From Gemmatimonadota bacterium (GTDB lineage: Bacteria > Gemmatimonadota > Gemmatimonadetes > Gemmatimonadales > Gemmatimonadaceae), in contig JAZJZK010000052.1 in assembly GCA_040389905.1 (NCBI GenBank), positions 1 to 64,000 of the forward strand: a DNA stretch of 64,000 nt. The letters are read 5' to 3'. This document shows positions 35,658-45,212 of this stretch, piece by piece. A program made the position numbers and the translations under genes. A model generated the notes under the pieces. It was not told the DNA's origin. It made no database searches and was given only the letters and a program-made list of their open reading frames with translations. Position 1 is the stretch's first letter. Each line of letters starts with the position of its first letter.

Positions 35658-36283
35658 TACGCCACGCTCCGCTTGGAAGTCAGCTTTCGGCCGAGACGAT
35701 CGCCGATGAGCTCGAGTGACCGATCGAGGAGGGCTCGGTGCCCTGCCCCATGAATCCAGCTACTCGCTCCACTTGGGTGCGGCAGCGGGATGACGACCGT
35801 CCTGCGTCCTTCTACCTCGATCGCGTGCTCCTGTCCCACCGCTTCGTCGAGGGCAAGCTTGTCGAGAAAGTGATCGATGGCCAGGCGGCCAACGGGAATG
35901 ATGAGTCGTGGGCGAATGATTCGTATCTCCGCCGCCAGCCAATCACCACAGCGAGCCCGCTCCACCGGCGCCGGCACACGATCGCCTCGGCCGCTCGGGT
36001 GAGGGCCCGGGTAACACCGGGTGATCGCGGCGATATACAATGATTCGCGAGCGGCCGGCTCACTCAACCCGGCGCGTTCCAACCACTGGAATAGCGTTTT
36101 CCCGGCTCGGCCCGCGAACGGACGCCCGCCGAGCAACTCGGTGCGGCCGGGCGCCTGACCCACCAGCATCGCCAAGGGTGCACGCGCGGCCGAGGCGATG
36201 GGCTGCACGCCCGGCGCCAACGCGCACCGGCGACACGCGGTCATGCTCGCGCAGTGTCGGTCCAGCTCGGTGCGAAGAGACAT
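35657..36283 (-). CDS. uracil-DNA glycosylase superfamily protein (family 4/5-like)
   Basis: CRRC, VGQAPG, PF.GRAGKTL, RCYPG, LPHPSG. Confidence 0.85.
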   Translation of the reverse strand: MSLRTELDRHCASMTACRRCALAPGVQPIASAARAPLAMLVGQAPGRTELLGGRPFAGRAGKTLFQWLERAGLSEPAARESLYIAAITRCYPGPHPSGRGDRVPAPVERARCGDWLAAEIRIIRPRLIIPVGRLAIDHFLDKLALDEAVGQEHAIEVEGRRTVVIPLPHPSGASSWIHGAGHRALLDRSLELIGDRLGRKLTSKRSVA

Positions 36284-36291
36284 CCCTGATT

Positions 36292-37347
36292 CTACCCGCG
36301 CGTCGCAGCGGAGTGCCCGTCGTGCACGAAATGATACGGCGTGCGCGAGATGCCTCGATCAGTGATAATCGCCGTGATGAGCTCGGCCGGCGTGACATCG
36401 AAGGCCGGGTTGTAGACACTGACGTCGTGCGGCATGGTCGCGACGCCGTGCACCTCGCGCAGTTCGAGCGCATCGCGCTGCTCGATGGCGATGTCAGCGC
36501 CTGATGCGGTTGCGGGATCGACCGTGGACCATGGCGCCGCGACATAGAAGGGAATGCCGTGATGCCGCGCGGCGATCGCGAGGCCGAAGGTACCGATCTT
36601 GTTCGCGGTATCTCCATTGGCGGCAATGCGGTCGGCACCAACGATGACCAGATCGACCGCCCCCGTGGACATCAACGACGCGGCCATGTTGTCAGCGAGT
36701 ACGGTGACGGGAATCCCCGCTTGGCGAAGCTCCCACGCCGTCAGGCGGCTGCCCTGCAATAGCGGTCGGGTCTCGTCGGCGAACACCTGGGGCGAGCGCC
36801 CACATTGTGCGGCGAGATAGATCGGCGCGAGGGCGGTTCCGATTCCGCCCGTTGCGAGCGCGCCGGCATTGCAGTGCGTGAGCACGCGGGCGCCATGTGG
36901 GAAGAGCGGCAGCGCGTTCTCCCCGATTCGCTCACACATGGCGCGATCCTCGTCGAGAATCATCGTCGCCTCGCGCCGGAGCGCAGCGATCACGTTCTCC
37001 GCGCCACCCTCAGCAGCCTCGGCGACTCGGCGCATCCGAGCCATGGCCCACGGGAGATTGACTGCGGTCGGCCGTACGGCACCGATTCGCGTGCAAAGTG
37101 TAACAACAGTGGTGAGCAACTCTTCGCGCGATAGATGGGTCAATCCCGAGAGCGAGACGACGAGCCCCATCGCTCCGGCGATGCCAATAGCTGGCGCGCC
37201 GCGCACGGCGAGCGTCGCAATGGCATCGCAGACGTCGTCCGCCGTGCGGAGTTGACGCCGCACGAGGTCTTTGGGGAGAAGACGTTGGTCGATGATGTCG
37301 ACGGCATCTCCTGAGGCAGACCACTTCACCGCTTCGACGATTGCCAT
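36292..37347 (-). CDS. mtnA: methylthioribose-1-phosphate isomerase
   Basis: IDQR.LP, VRGAPAIG, RPTAVNL, THCNAGALAT, DETRPLLQGSRLTAWEL, GADRIAANGD.ANKIGT, NPAFDVTP. Confidence 0.97.
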   Translation of the reverse strand: MAIVEAVKWSASGDAVDIIDQRLLPKDLVRRQLRTADDVCDAIATLAVRGAPAIGIAGAMGLVVSLSGLTHLSREELLTTVVTLCTRIGAVRPTAVNLPWAMARMRRVAEAAEGGAENVIAALRREATMILDEDRAMCERIGENALPLFPHGARVLTHCNAGALATGGIGTALAPIYLAAQCGRSPQVFADETRPLLQGSRLTAWELRQAGIPVTVLADNMAASLMSTGAVDLVIVGADRIAANGDTANKIGTFGLAIAARHHGIPFYVAAPWSTVDPATASGADIAIEQRDALELREVHGVATMPHDVSVYNPAFDVTPAELITAIITDRGISRTPYHFVHDGHSAATRG

Positions 37348-37422
37348 ACTGGAAAGTTAGTGTGGCGGTGGTGAACTTGTGACGAGGCGATTCTTCGGAT
37401 TGGCAGGCCTTTCAGTCTGGCC

Positions 37423-37502
37423 GTTTCCGATGCATCCGATCAATCCGCTCCTTAAACGAAAGGAATTGCTTGAGGAACGGATTTGACGGATGCGCCGGAA
37501 AC
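37423..37502. repeat. imperfect 32-bp inverted repeat (family C)
   Basis: GTTTCCGATGCATCCGATCAATCCGCTCCTTA ... TGAGGAACGGATTTGACGGATGCGCCGGAAAC. Confidence 0.7.
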
Positions 37503-37547
37503 CGCTCGGATACGTTTCCGTTCATCAACGCACCTTTTGCAATCGAT

Positions 37548-40361
37548 ATGCGACTGAGACATACCTTCGCGCTACTGCTGTTCGCCTTCGGGACGCCGGT
37601 CCACGCCCAATCGAATCAATCCCCGCTCAACGAGCGGCTGAGAAACGACACATCCGTCGTCCGCGGCGAGCTGCCAAATGGCCTCCACTATTTGATCCGT
37701 CGCAACACGATGCCGCTCAAGCGTGCCGAGTTGCGTCTCGTGGTGAATGCTGGATCGATTCTCGAGACGGAGCAGCAACGCGGACTCGCGCACTTTGTCG
37801 AGCACATGGCGTTCAACGGCACGCGGCGCTTCCCCAAGAGCGACATCGTCAACTATCTCGAGCGGATCGGGATGCGCTTCGGTGCGGACCTCAATGCGTA
37901 TACATCGTTCGACGAGACGGTGTACGAGTTGACCGTACCGACCGACACCGCACGGCTCGTGGATACGGGGCTCGACATTCTCGAAGACTGGGCGCACGGC
38001 CTCGCCTTCGACACTACGGAGATTCGGAAGGAACGCGGAGTCGTTGTCGAAGAGTGGCGCACGGGACGCGGCGCGGAAACACGCGTCCAGAACAAGCAGT
38101 TCCCCGTCATGCTGCATGGCTCGAAGTACGCAACGCGCATCCCCATCGGCACCAAGGAGAACCTCGAACACTTCCCGGCTCGCCTGGCCAAGCAGTTCTA
38201 TGACGACTGGTACCGTCCGGACCTGATGACGGTCATTGCCGTCGGCGACTTCGACGCGAAGGAAATGGAGGCCAAGATTCGCGAGCGCTTTGCGCGACTC
38301 ACCATGCCGGCGAAACCGAAGCCGCGCACATACGCCGCGGTTCCGGACCATGAGGAGACGCTGGTGTCGGTCGAAACCGACGCCGAGTACCCGTCGTCGT
38401 CGATCTCCTTGCTGTGGCTCAAACCGAAGGACAGCACGCGCACGGTGGGCGACATGCGCCGCCAGTTCATCACCTCGCTGTATGATGGCATGGTCAACGC
38501 GCGCTTCGACGAATTGACGCAACGGCCGGATGCACCATTCGCGTATGCCGGTTCGGGCCGTGGATCGATGGTCCGCACGCGCGACGCGTACCAGTTGGAA
38601 GCGGGGGTCAAGGAGAGTGACTTCCTGCCCGCCGCAGACGCACTCCTCAATGAGGCGGAGCGTATTGCGCGCTTCGGCTTCACACAGACGGAACTCGATC
38701 GTCTCCGCACGAACTACCTTCGCAGCCTCGAGCAAGCCTACGCCGAGCGCGCCAAGACGAACTCGAACGTCTTTGCTGGTGCCTACGTCGGCGCGGCGCT
38801 GAGCAACGCGCCCATACTCGGCATCGAGCAACGGCAGGCATTCGCGCAGCGACTGCTGCCAACGATCACCCTGGAAGAAGTCAACGCCGTCGCGCGTTCA
38901 TCGTTCACGACGAGCAATCGCGTCATTCTCGTTGCCGCCCCGAAGAAGCCAGACGTCAAGGTGCCGACGTCGAAGTCACTCCTCGCCGTTTTCGAGAAGG
39001 CCAAGAGTGCGAAGCTCGTCGCGTTTGTCGATTCGACGTCGGACGCACCGCTCGTCGCAAAGTTACCGCAGGCCGGACGTGTCATCAGTGAGCGCACGGT
39101 GACCGGCACGGATATCATCGAATGGAAGCTGTCGAATGGTGCGCGTGTCCTCCTCAAGCCCACGGACTTCAAGGCCGACGAGGTGCTCTTCGCGGCGCAG
39201 AGCCCTGGTGGTGAGTCGCTCCTGCCCGACAAGGATGTGATCAACGCGGACCTCTCGAGCGTTGCACTTTCCGTGAGCGGCGTCGGCGCGTTCAATCAGG
39301 TCGCGCTTGGGAAGAAGCTCACGGGCAAGCGAGCCGGCGTGAGTGCCAGTCTCGGCGAACTGAGTGAGTCGCTCCGGGGGTCAGCCTCCTCGAAGGACAT
39401 CGAGACGATGTTCCAGCTCGCGTGGCTGCGCATGACGCAACCGCGCATCGACTCGAGCGCATTCCAGGCGTTCAAGAATCAGATGCGCGCGATGCTCGCG
39501 AACCAGCGCAACTCGCCGGAATCCGTCTTCGGCGACACCATCACCGTCACCATGGCGCAGCATCATCCGCGCGTGTGGTTGCTCTCACCGGCACTCCTCG
39601 ACTCCGTCAATTTGCAGCGCGCACTCGCCATCTATCGCGACCGATTCGCCGACGCGAGCGGGTTCACGTTCTACCTCGTCGGAAGCTTCAAGCCGGATTC
39701 GGTGCGGCCGCTCGTCGAACAGTATCTCGCGTCGCTCCCCTCACTCAACCGCAACGAGAGGCCGCGCGACACCGGCATCAAGCCGCCCGCGGGCGTCATC
39801 GAGCGCACCGTCTACAAGGGCGTCGAAGCCAAGGCGCAGACGGAGCTGATGTTCACAGGAAAATGCACGTACAGCTACGAGAACCGTCAGGTGCTCTCGG
39901 CGCTGCGTGAGCTGCTCGACATTCGCCTGCGCGAAGCGCTGCGCGAAGACAAGGGCGGTACGTACGGCGTGAACGTCGGGGCGAATTGCCGTCACATCCC
40001 CACAGAGGCGTACGAGATCGGAGTGTCTTTCGGGAGCGCTCCGGAGCGAGTCGAGGAGTTGACGAAAGAAGTCTTCGCCGTGATCGACAGCATCAAGGCG
40101 GGTGCCGTGAGTGATTCGAATCTCACGAAGATTCGTGAAATGCGAATCCGCGGCCACGAAACGTCACTGCGGCAGAATGGCTCGTGGCTGTCGGCGATCA
40201 TGGACGCGGATGAAGACGGCCGAGATCAGCGCGATTTCCTGCGCATTCCGGAGTTGGTCAACGCGGTAACGAAAGAGAAGATCAGCGAAGCGGCGCGGTT
40301 GTATCTGCGTCGAGAGAACTATGCGCGGTTCACGTTGCTCCCGGAGAAGAAGCCGAAGTAG
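37548..40361 (+). CDS. M16 family zinc peptidase (PqqL-like), secreted
   Basis: Signal peptide; GLAHFVEHMAFNGT (HxxEH), NAYTSFDETVY, ERGVV.EE, WYRPD; two-lobed structure. Confidence 0.94.
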   Translation: MRLRHTFALLLFAFGTPVHAQSNQSPLNERLRNDTSVVRGELPNGLHYLIRRNTMPLKRAELRLVVNAGSILETEQQRGLAHFVEHMAFNGTRRFPKSDIVNYLERIGMRFGADLNAYTSFDETVYELTVPTDTARLVDTGLDILEDWAHGLAFDTTEIRKERGVVVEEWRTGRGAETRVQNKQFPVMLHGSKYATRIPIGTKENLEHFPARLAKQFYDDWYRPDLMTVIAVGDFDAKEMEAKIRERFARLTMPAKPKPRTYAAVPDHEETLVSVETDAEYPSSSISLLWLKPKDSTRTVGDMRRQFITSLYDGMVNARFDELTQRPDAPFAYAGSGRGSMVRTRDAYQLEAGVKESDFLPAADALLNEAERIARFGFTQTELDRLRTNYLRSLEQAYAERAKTNSNVFAGAYVGAALSNAPILGIEQRQAFAQRLLPTITLEEVNAVARSSFTTSNRVILVAAPKKPDVKVPTSKSLLAVFEKAKSAKLVAFVDSTSDAPLVAKLPQAGRVISERTVTGTDIIEWKLSNGARVLLKPTDFKADEVLFAAQSPGGESLLPDKDVINADLSSVALSVSGVGAFNQVALGKKLTGKRAGVSASLGELSESLRGSASSKDIETMFQLAWLRMTQPRIDSSAFQAFKNQMRAMLANQRNSPESVFGDTITVTMAQHHPRVWLLSPALLDSVNLQRALAIYRDRFADASGFTFYLVGSFKPDSVRPLVEQYLASLPSLNRNERPRDTGIKPPAGVIERTVYKGVEAKAQTELMFTGKCTYSYENRQVLSALRELLDIRLREALREDKGGTYGVNVGANCRHIPTEAYEIGVSFGSAPERVEELTKEVFAVIDSIKAGAVSDSNLTKIREMRIRGHETSLRQNGSWLSAIMDADEDGRDQRDFLRIPELVNAVTKEKISEAARLYLRRENYARFTLLPEKKPK

Positions 40362-40385
40362 TTGAAGTCATGCACGTGTAGAGGG

Positions 40386-42569
40386 CTACGGCTGCGTGCA
40401 GACCACCACCGTCTCTTCATCCAACGTTGCGTCGTACTCACGCGTCCGCGGACACGCCCTCGGCGCTGCAACGAGCGTGAACACGAACTTTGCGCGGACG
40501 AGTTGGCGAACGGTGTCGCGTCCGACGCGCGCTGGCTCGGCGGTCCATCCGACGATCGCCTCGCGGACTGCGGCCTCGAACAGCTGATGACTCGACTGGA
40601 AGATTCCGATTGATGTGATATCCGCGCGTCCGTTCTTGCCGACAATGAATTGAAGCTGAACCGTTCCGGGTACGCCGGCCGCAACGAACACCTTCGGATA
40701 CCGCGGAACAGGCGACCGTGTCCAATGGACTGGCTTCGTTGTCTGGCAGGCAACGAAAACATTATCATTCGACACTCCATTTTGGACCGGAGGCGGGCAG
40801 TCGACTGCCTGCGCCGAGGTGACGCGACTCTTTCCTAACGCCGCCCGACGCGCGAGGAGCGCTGAATCCGAAGGGGTATGCATCAAGCCTGCGGCGTAGG
40901 CGGAGTCCGCCGCTGCCGGCCTCCCCAGCTGTTCGAGGGCCACGCCGAGAAACAGCGCGGCGACCGGGGTCGACTCCGAGTGCAACAGCGTGCGAGCCGC
41001 CTGGACGACAGCCTCGGGCCCGCTCGCGCGCCCGACCGCATCCAGATAGAGCGCAACGAACCCGGGTTCGCTGCGGGCGTCGCCGTCGCGGAGCAGCGGC
41101 GCGAGGGTCTTCTCTGCCGACGCATATCGTCCGGTGGAGTACAAAACCTGACCGTACTCGAAGCGAATCTGTCGGTCCAAGGGCGCCATCGCATTCGCGC
41201 GCTCGAGCAAGGTGAGCGCTGCGGCGGTATCGCCCCGCGCGCGAGCGTCCATGCCCAGCAGCTTGTAGCTCAGGTGCTCGTTGGGCGACACCTCGGCCAG
41301 CCAGGTCCACAGCGCCCGGTGGCTCGTCCATGCAACCGCGTAGTGCGTTCCGTAGATCGCCGAGCGGGCGATGACCAGCGCACAGATGACGGCCGACGCG
41401 CGCCGGATGAAGCGGGGCATCACTTCGAGCACTAACGCCAGCAGCATTGCGACGCCGACCGTCGCGCCAAAGAGCGTTCGATCGGAAAGAATCTGTCCCG
41501 TCGGGGTAATGAGATTTGATGCGGGAAGATAGCTCAGTACGATCCAGCTCGTCCCGACCAGCGCACGCCGATCCCCACGTTTGGCAGCGAGGACAGCCAG
41601 CACGCTCAGGGCGAGAACGACGGTCGCGCTCAGTAGCGCCAACCCTCGTCCATTCTCGGGGAAGGTCGTCGGCCCGTAGTATGGCGACAGCGAGGTTGGC
41701 CATAACAGCATTCCGGCGACGCGCGGCCAGAGCGACATCATCGCACCCAGGCGGCCCGACGTCGTCAGGCCGCTCAACCCCTGCGCGGCGATGGATCCGT
41801 GTGACACCGGACTACCAAGCACGACGAGGCGCACGAGCACAATCGCGGAGACGGCAACGACCGACGCGAGCACGAAGCGGGCGTGCCGCCGGACGAAGTC
41901 TCGCATCGGGACGTGCTCTTGGGCGGCGGACCACCCCCATGCCGTTACGAGAGCGAGCGGTACGGCAAGCAGACCTGATTCCTTCGCTGCGAGCGCCGCA
42001 CCAGCAAGGAGGCCGAAGGCTACCGTACGTCCCCACTCAGCGCGTGCCGATCGCGTTTCGTCGGATCCACCGAGGAGAGCAGTGAGTCCTACCACACAGA
42101 GAACGACAACAAGCTCCGACGTATTCGCGACGCTCGCCGCAGCTTCGATGTGCAGGGGGTGCGTCGCAAACCATGCTGCCGCGACAAGCGCTGGCAACGC
42201 GCCAACTCCCTTTCGGATGAGCCACCAGGCTGCCAGCGCGGTGAGTGCGGTGAGGATCAGCGCATAGAGATGAAACCATTGCGCCGCGCCACCGGTGAGG
42301 TTCCACACGACGGAGAGCAGCGCGAGTTGCAGCGGACGATACAACCCGAGCGAATCAACGCCGTCAGAGGGCCAGTAGGGCGTCGTCCACACGCGAACGA
42401 GCGCGCCCCACCCCCGAAGCAGCGTGTTGTCCCGGATGATCGTCGTGTCATCGTAGATGAACTGCGCCCGCAATGTCGGCAACAGCGGCACGACCGCCAG
42501 CAGCATCACGAGAATGCGTTCTGGCGCAAAGCGTCGCTGCGTATGGGAATCGTCGCTAGGCTCGTTCAC
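40386..42569 (-). CDS. TMTC-like membrane glycosyltransferase + TPR + C-terminal TonB_C-like domain
   Basis: FIYDD..II..N, YRPL, FA.HP.H.EA, KESG, SDRTLF; TPR helices; PRYP..G.V.LQF.V...G....FEAAVREA...W...PA. Start uncertain. Confidence 0.75.
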   Translation of the reverse strand: MNEPSDDSHTQRRFAPERILVMLLAVVPLLPTLRAQFIYDDTTIIRDNTLLRGWGALVRVWTTPYWPSDGVDSLGLYRPLQLALLSVVWNLTGGAAQWFHLYALILTALTALAAWWLIRKGVGALPALVAAAWFATHPLHIEAAASVANTSELVVVLCVVGLTALLGGSDETRSARAEWGRTVAFGLLAGAALAAKESGLLAVPLALVTAWGWSAAQEHVPMRDFVRRHARFVLASVVAVSAIVLVRLVVLGSPVSHGSIAAQGLSGLTTSGRLGAMMSLWPRVAGMLLWPTSLSPYYGPTTFPENGRGLALLSATVVLALSVLAVLAAKRGDRRALVGTSWIVLSYLPASNLITPTGQILSDRTLFGATVGVAMLLALVLEVMPRFIRRASAVICALVIARSAIYGTHYAVAWTSHRALWTWLAEVSPNEHLSYKLLGMDARARGDTAAALTLLERANAMAPLDRQIRFEYGQVLYSTGRYASAEKTLAPLLRDGDARSEPGFVALYLDAVGRASGPEAVVQAARTLLHSESTPVAALFLGVALEQLGRPAAADSAYAAGLMHTPSDSALLARRAALGKSRVTSAQAVDCPPPVQNGVSNDNVFVACQTTKPVHWTRSPVPRYPKVFVAAGVPGTVQLQFIVGKNGRADITSIGIFQSSHQLFEAAVREAIVGWTAEPARVGRDTVRQLVRAKFVFTLVAAPRACPRTREYDATLDEETVVVCTQP

Positions 42570-42730
42570 GGGATAGGAAACTAGCGTCCCGGCATGGGCT
42601 TTTCTCCTGAGTTGCTCGCCGAGCCATACATTGGGCCGAACGCCGCACCGTTCGAGGATCGAGCGGCCCGCGGCGCGCCGTCGTTGGGCATCGTACACGC
42701 ACGCAGGCTCTCCCCGCCACTTTCCCGGTC

Positions 42731-43861
42731 ATGGACGCATCATGTCGCGCCCGCGCGATTGCTCTCTACTTGCCGCAATTCCACCCGATCCCGGAGAATG
42801 ATGCCTGGTGGGGGCGCGGCTTTACTGAGTGGACGAACACGGCGAAGGCCAGACCCTTGTTTCGTGGGCACTACCAGCCCCACGTGCCCGCGGATCTCGG
42901 GTTCTATGACTTGAGGGTCGCGGAATCACGAACGGATCAGGCCATCATGGCGCGCGAGCACGGTGTCGAGGCATTCTGTTACTACCATTACTGGTTTGCC
43001 GGCCGGCGCATTCTCGAGCGCCCGTTCACTGAGGTGTTAGCGAGCGGCGAACCCAACTTTCCCTTCTGCCTGTGCTGGGCCAATGAGAGCTGGACCGGCG
43101 TGTGGCACGGATCGCCAGGCACGACACTGATCGAACAGACGTACCCGGGCGAGGAGGATCATCGCCGTCATTTCGAGTCCCTGCTGCCGGCGTTCCTCGA
43201 TCCGCGGTATGTCAGGACGGACGGCCATCCCGTGTTCCTGGTCTACCTGCCACGACAGTTGCCCGATACAGGGAAGTGGGCCGACCTTTGGAGGTCGTTG
43301 GCGGCAAGGGCGGGCCTGCCGGGACTACACCTCGTCGCGGTAAATCACACGCTGGTACCGGAGCCAATCCCCGACGGTTTTGACGCACGAATGCTGCAGA
43401 GATTGCCGACGGACCGCCTCTGGTATCCGTGGTCGAGCCCGTTCCGAAAGGTGTACCGGAGAGTCTCGAAGGCGTTCGGGCGGCCGGCCATCTACGCATA
43501 CCGCGATGCGGTCAGAACGATTCTCCCTGATCGCCTTCCAGACGATCGTTCCTACCCGATGGTGTTGCCGAACTGGGACAACTCACCTCGCTGCGGCGCC
43601 CGCGGAATCACGCTGCATGGTTCGACGCCGGAGCTGTTTCGGGCGCACCTTCGGCAAGGGCTCGATGTGGTCCAGACACTTCCGGCCGAACGTCGGTTCC
43701 TGTTCGTGAAGTCGTGGAACGAGTGGGCGGAGGGAAATCACCTCGAGCCCGACGTGCGTTTTGGCCGGGGTTATCTCGACGTCATGCGGGATGAACTTGG
43801 TGTCACGTCTGCGGGCTGTAATGTGCCGCCATCAGCCACCACGCGGTCCAATCGTTTGTGA
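42731..43861 (+). CDS. WbsX / GH99-like domain protein
   Basis: IALYLPQFHPIPEND.WWG.GFTEWTN, LGFYDLR, FCYYHYWF, CWANE.W, PNWDNSPR, WNEWAEG.HLEPD. Confidence 0.92.
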   Translation: MDASCRARAIALYLPQFHPIPENDAWWGRGFTEWTNTAKARPLFRGHYQPHVPADLGFYDLRVAESRTDQAIMAREHGVEAFCYYHYWFAGRRILERPFTEVLASGEPNFPFCLCWANESWTGVWHGSPGTTLIEQTYPGEEDHRRHFESLLPAFLDPRYVRTDGHPVFLVYLPRQLPDTGKWADLWRSLAARAGLPGLHLVAVNHTLVPEPIPDGFDARMLQRLPTDRLWYPWSSPFRKVYRRVSKAFGRPAIYAYRDAVRTILPDRLPDDRSYPMVLPNWDNSPRCGARGITLHGSTPELFRAHLRQGLDVVQTLPAERRFLFVKSWNEWAEGNHLEPDVRFGRGYLDVMRDELGVTSAGCNVPPSATTRSNRL

Positions 43862-45085
43862 TCCCGAAGTCTTCGCGCTGATCTGAAGATTGAAGTTGTT
43901 CGGCGTGCGCGTGTGAAAGCTCTTGTAGGTGGCCGTGTGGATGTTCTTCTCGACCTCCGGCGACGTCGCGATGGAACCCGTATCGACCTGCGCCTGAAGT
44001 CCGCGCTTGCACAGCTCTGCCGCGACCGCGTCTGGGTCGAACGGCGTGATGCCGAATGAGATATGGTCCATCGATGCGCTGCGCGCGGCGGGGAGGTTGA
44101 ACGCCGGCGACAGCGCATTGCCGCCACGGATGAGCAGACCGCCGATATCCGGTGCGATCGTCGTTTCGTTCTGGCTCCCTTCATCGCCGAGTCCCTTCCA
44201 GCCGAGGAGCGCTTCATAGAACGCCACCGTCTCCTTGTAGCTGGTGCACCGGAAGGAGATGTGGTCGAGATACATCGTCTTCCATCCCGTGGACTCGAAC
44301 GGCGCCGGCACGTTCAGCTTTCCGTTCGCCGGCGTGGTACGGCGGTTTTTCTTGTTGCCGTTGCTCATCTGCACGTTCAGTCCGTCCGGATCCTTCACGT
44401 GGAAGCTTCGGAAGTCGTTGCCGCTGTGGTCCGCCACGGGCGCGAGTCCGCGCGACTTGAGCGCCGCCTCCACCTTGTTCGTGTCCCACGGTGTGATGCC
44501 CCAGCAGAACCCGTCCCACGTGACCCCGCCATTTTCCACACCCGCGACTCGCGGCGTCGTGCACGCGGCCATGTGGCTCGCGTCCGCGGCGCCACCACCA
44601 CCACCACCACCCGCTCGCCCACCGCGGCCACCTGTGCTATCCGCTCCGCCTCGTCCGCCGCCAGCGCCGCCGCCAGCAGCCCCGCCGCCTCGGCCTCCAC
44701 CTCCGCCAGCCCGGCCGACGTAACCACCGCGGATCTTCACACCGCCCCAATCACCGATGTCCATGTAGATCTCGCCACCGGTGTTGCTGCGCACCTTCCA
44801 GCCGAGGAGGGCGGCGTAGAACGCGGCCTCGCGCTCCGGATCGGTGACCTGCATGTCGAAGTGATCGAGGAGCACCGTCTTGAACCCCGTGGGTTCGAAC
44901 GGTGCCTTCATCGGCGTGTGATTGCAGACCGCGGTCGTGTCGCGATCGCGGCCCGCGCAGGAACCCTGCCCCAGGGCACGCGCCAGCGGCGCGCCGACGG
45001 CCGCGATACCAAGAGCCTGAAAGAGGCGTCGGCGCGAAATCGTCCCGCTGTCGTAGGCACCAAACAGGGATGACAGATCGTCCAT
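43832..45085 (-). CDS. two-domain VOC (glyoxalase-like) protein with Tat-like signal and Gly-rich insert
   Basis: ISRRRLF; duplicated LDH(F/I)..FY.ALLGW, DPDG; Gly/Arg-rich stretch. Confidence 0.78.
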   Translation of the reverse strand: MDDLSSLFGAYDSGTISRRRLFQALGIAAVGAPLARALGQGSCAGRDRDTTAVCNHTPMKAPFEPTGFKTVLLDHFDMQVTDPEREAAFYAALLGWKVRSNTGGEIYMDIGDWGGVKIRGGYVGRAGGGGGRGGGAAGGGAGGGRGGADSTGGRGGRAGGGGGGGAADASHMAACTTPRVAGVENGGVTWDGFCWGITPWDTNKVEAALKSRGLAPVADHSGNDFRSFHVKDPDGLNVQMSNGNKKNRRTTPANGKLNVPAPFESTGWKTMYLDHISFRCTSYKETVAFYEALLGWKGLGDEGSQNETTIAPDIGGLLIRGGNALSPAFNLPAARSASMDHISFGITPFDPDAVAAELCKRGLQAQVDTGSIATSPEVEKNIHTATYKSFHTRTPNNFNLQISAKTSGSQTIGPRGG

Positions 45086-45212
45086 GCGAAGCTCCGCGAG
45101 AGTCGGTAGAACCGGATGTTTCAAGTCGACGTAACTTTGCTGCCACGGAGGCCGGGTTCGCTAGGCCCTGTACAGAGTCGCTCACTTCGCTCGCTCGGTG
45201 TGACAACCCAGC

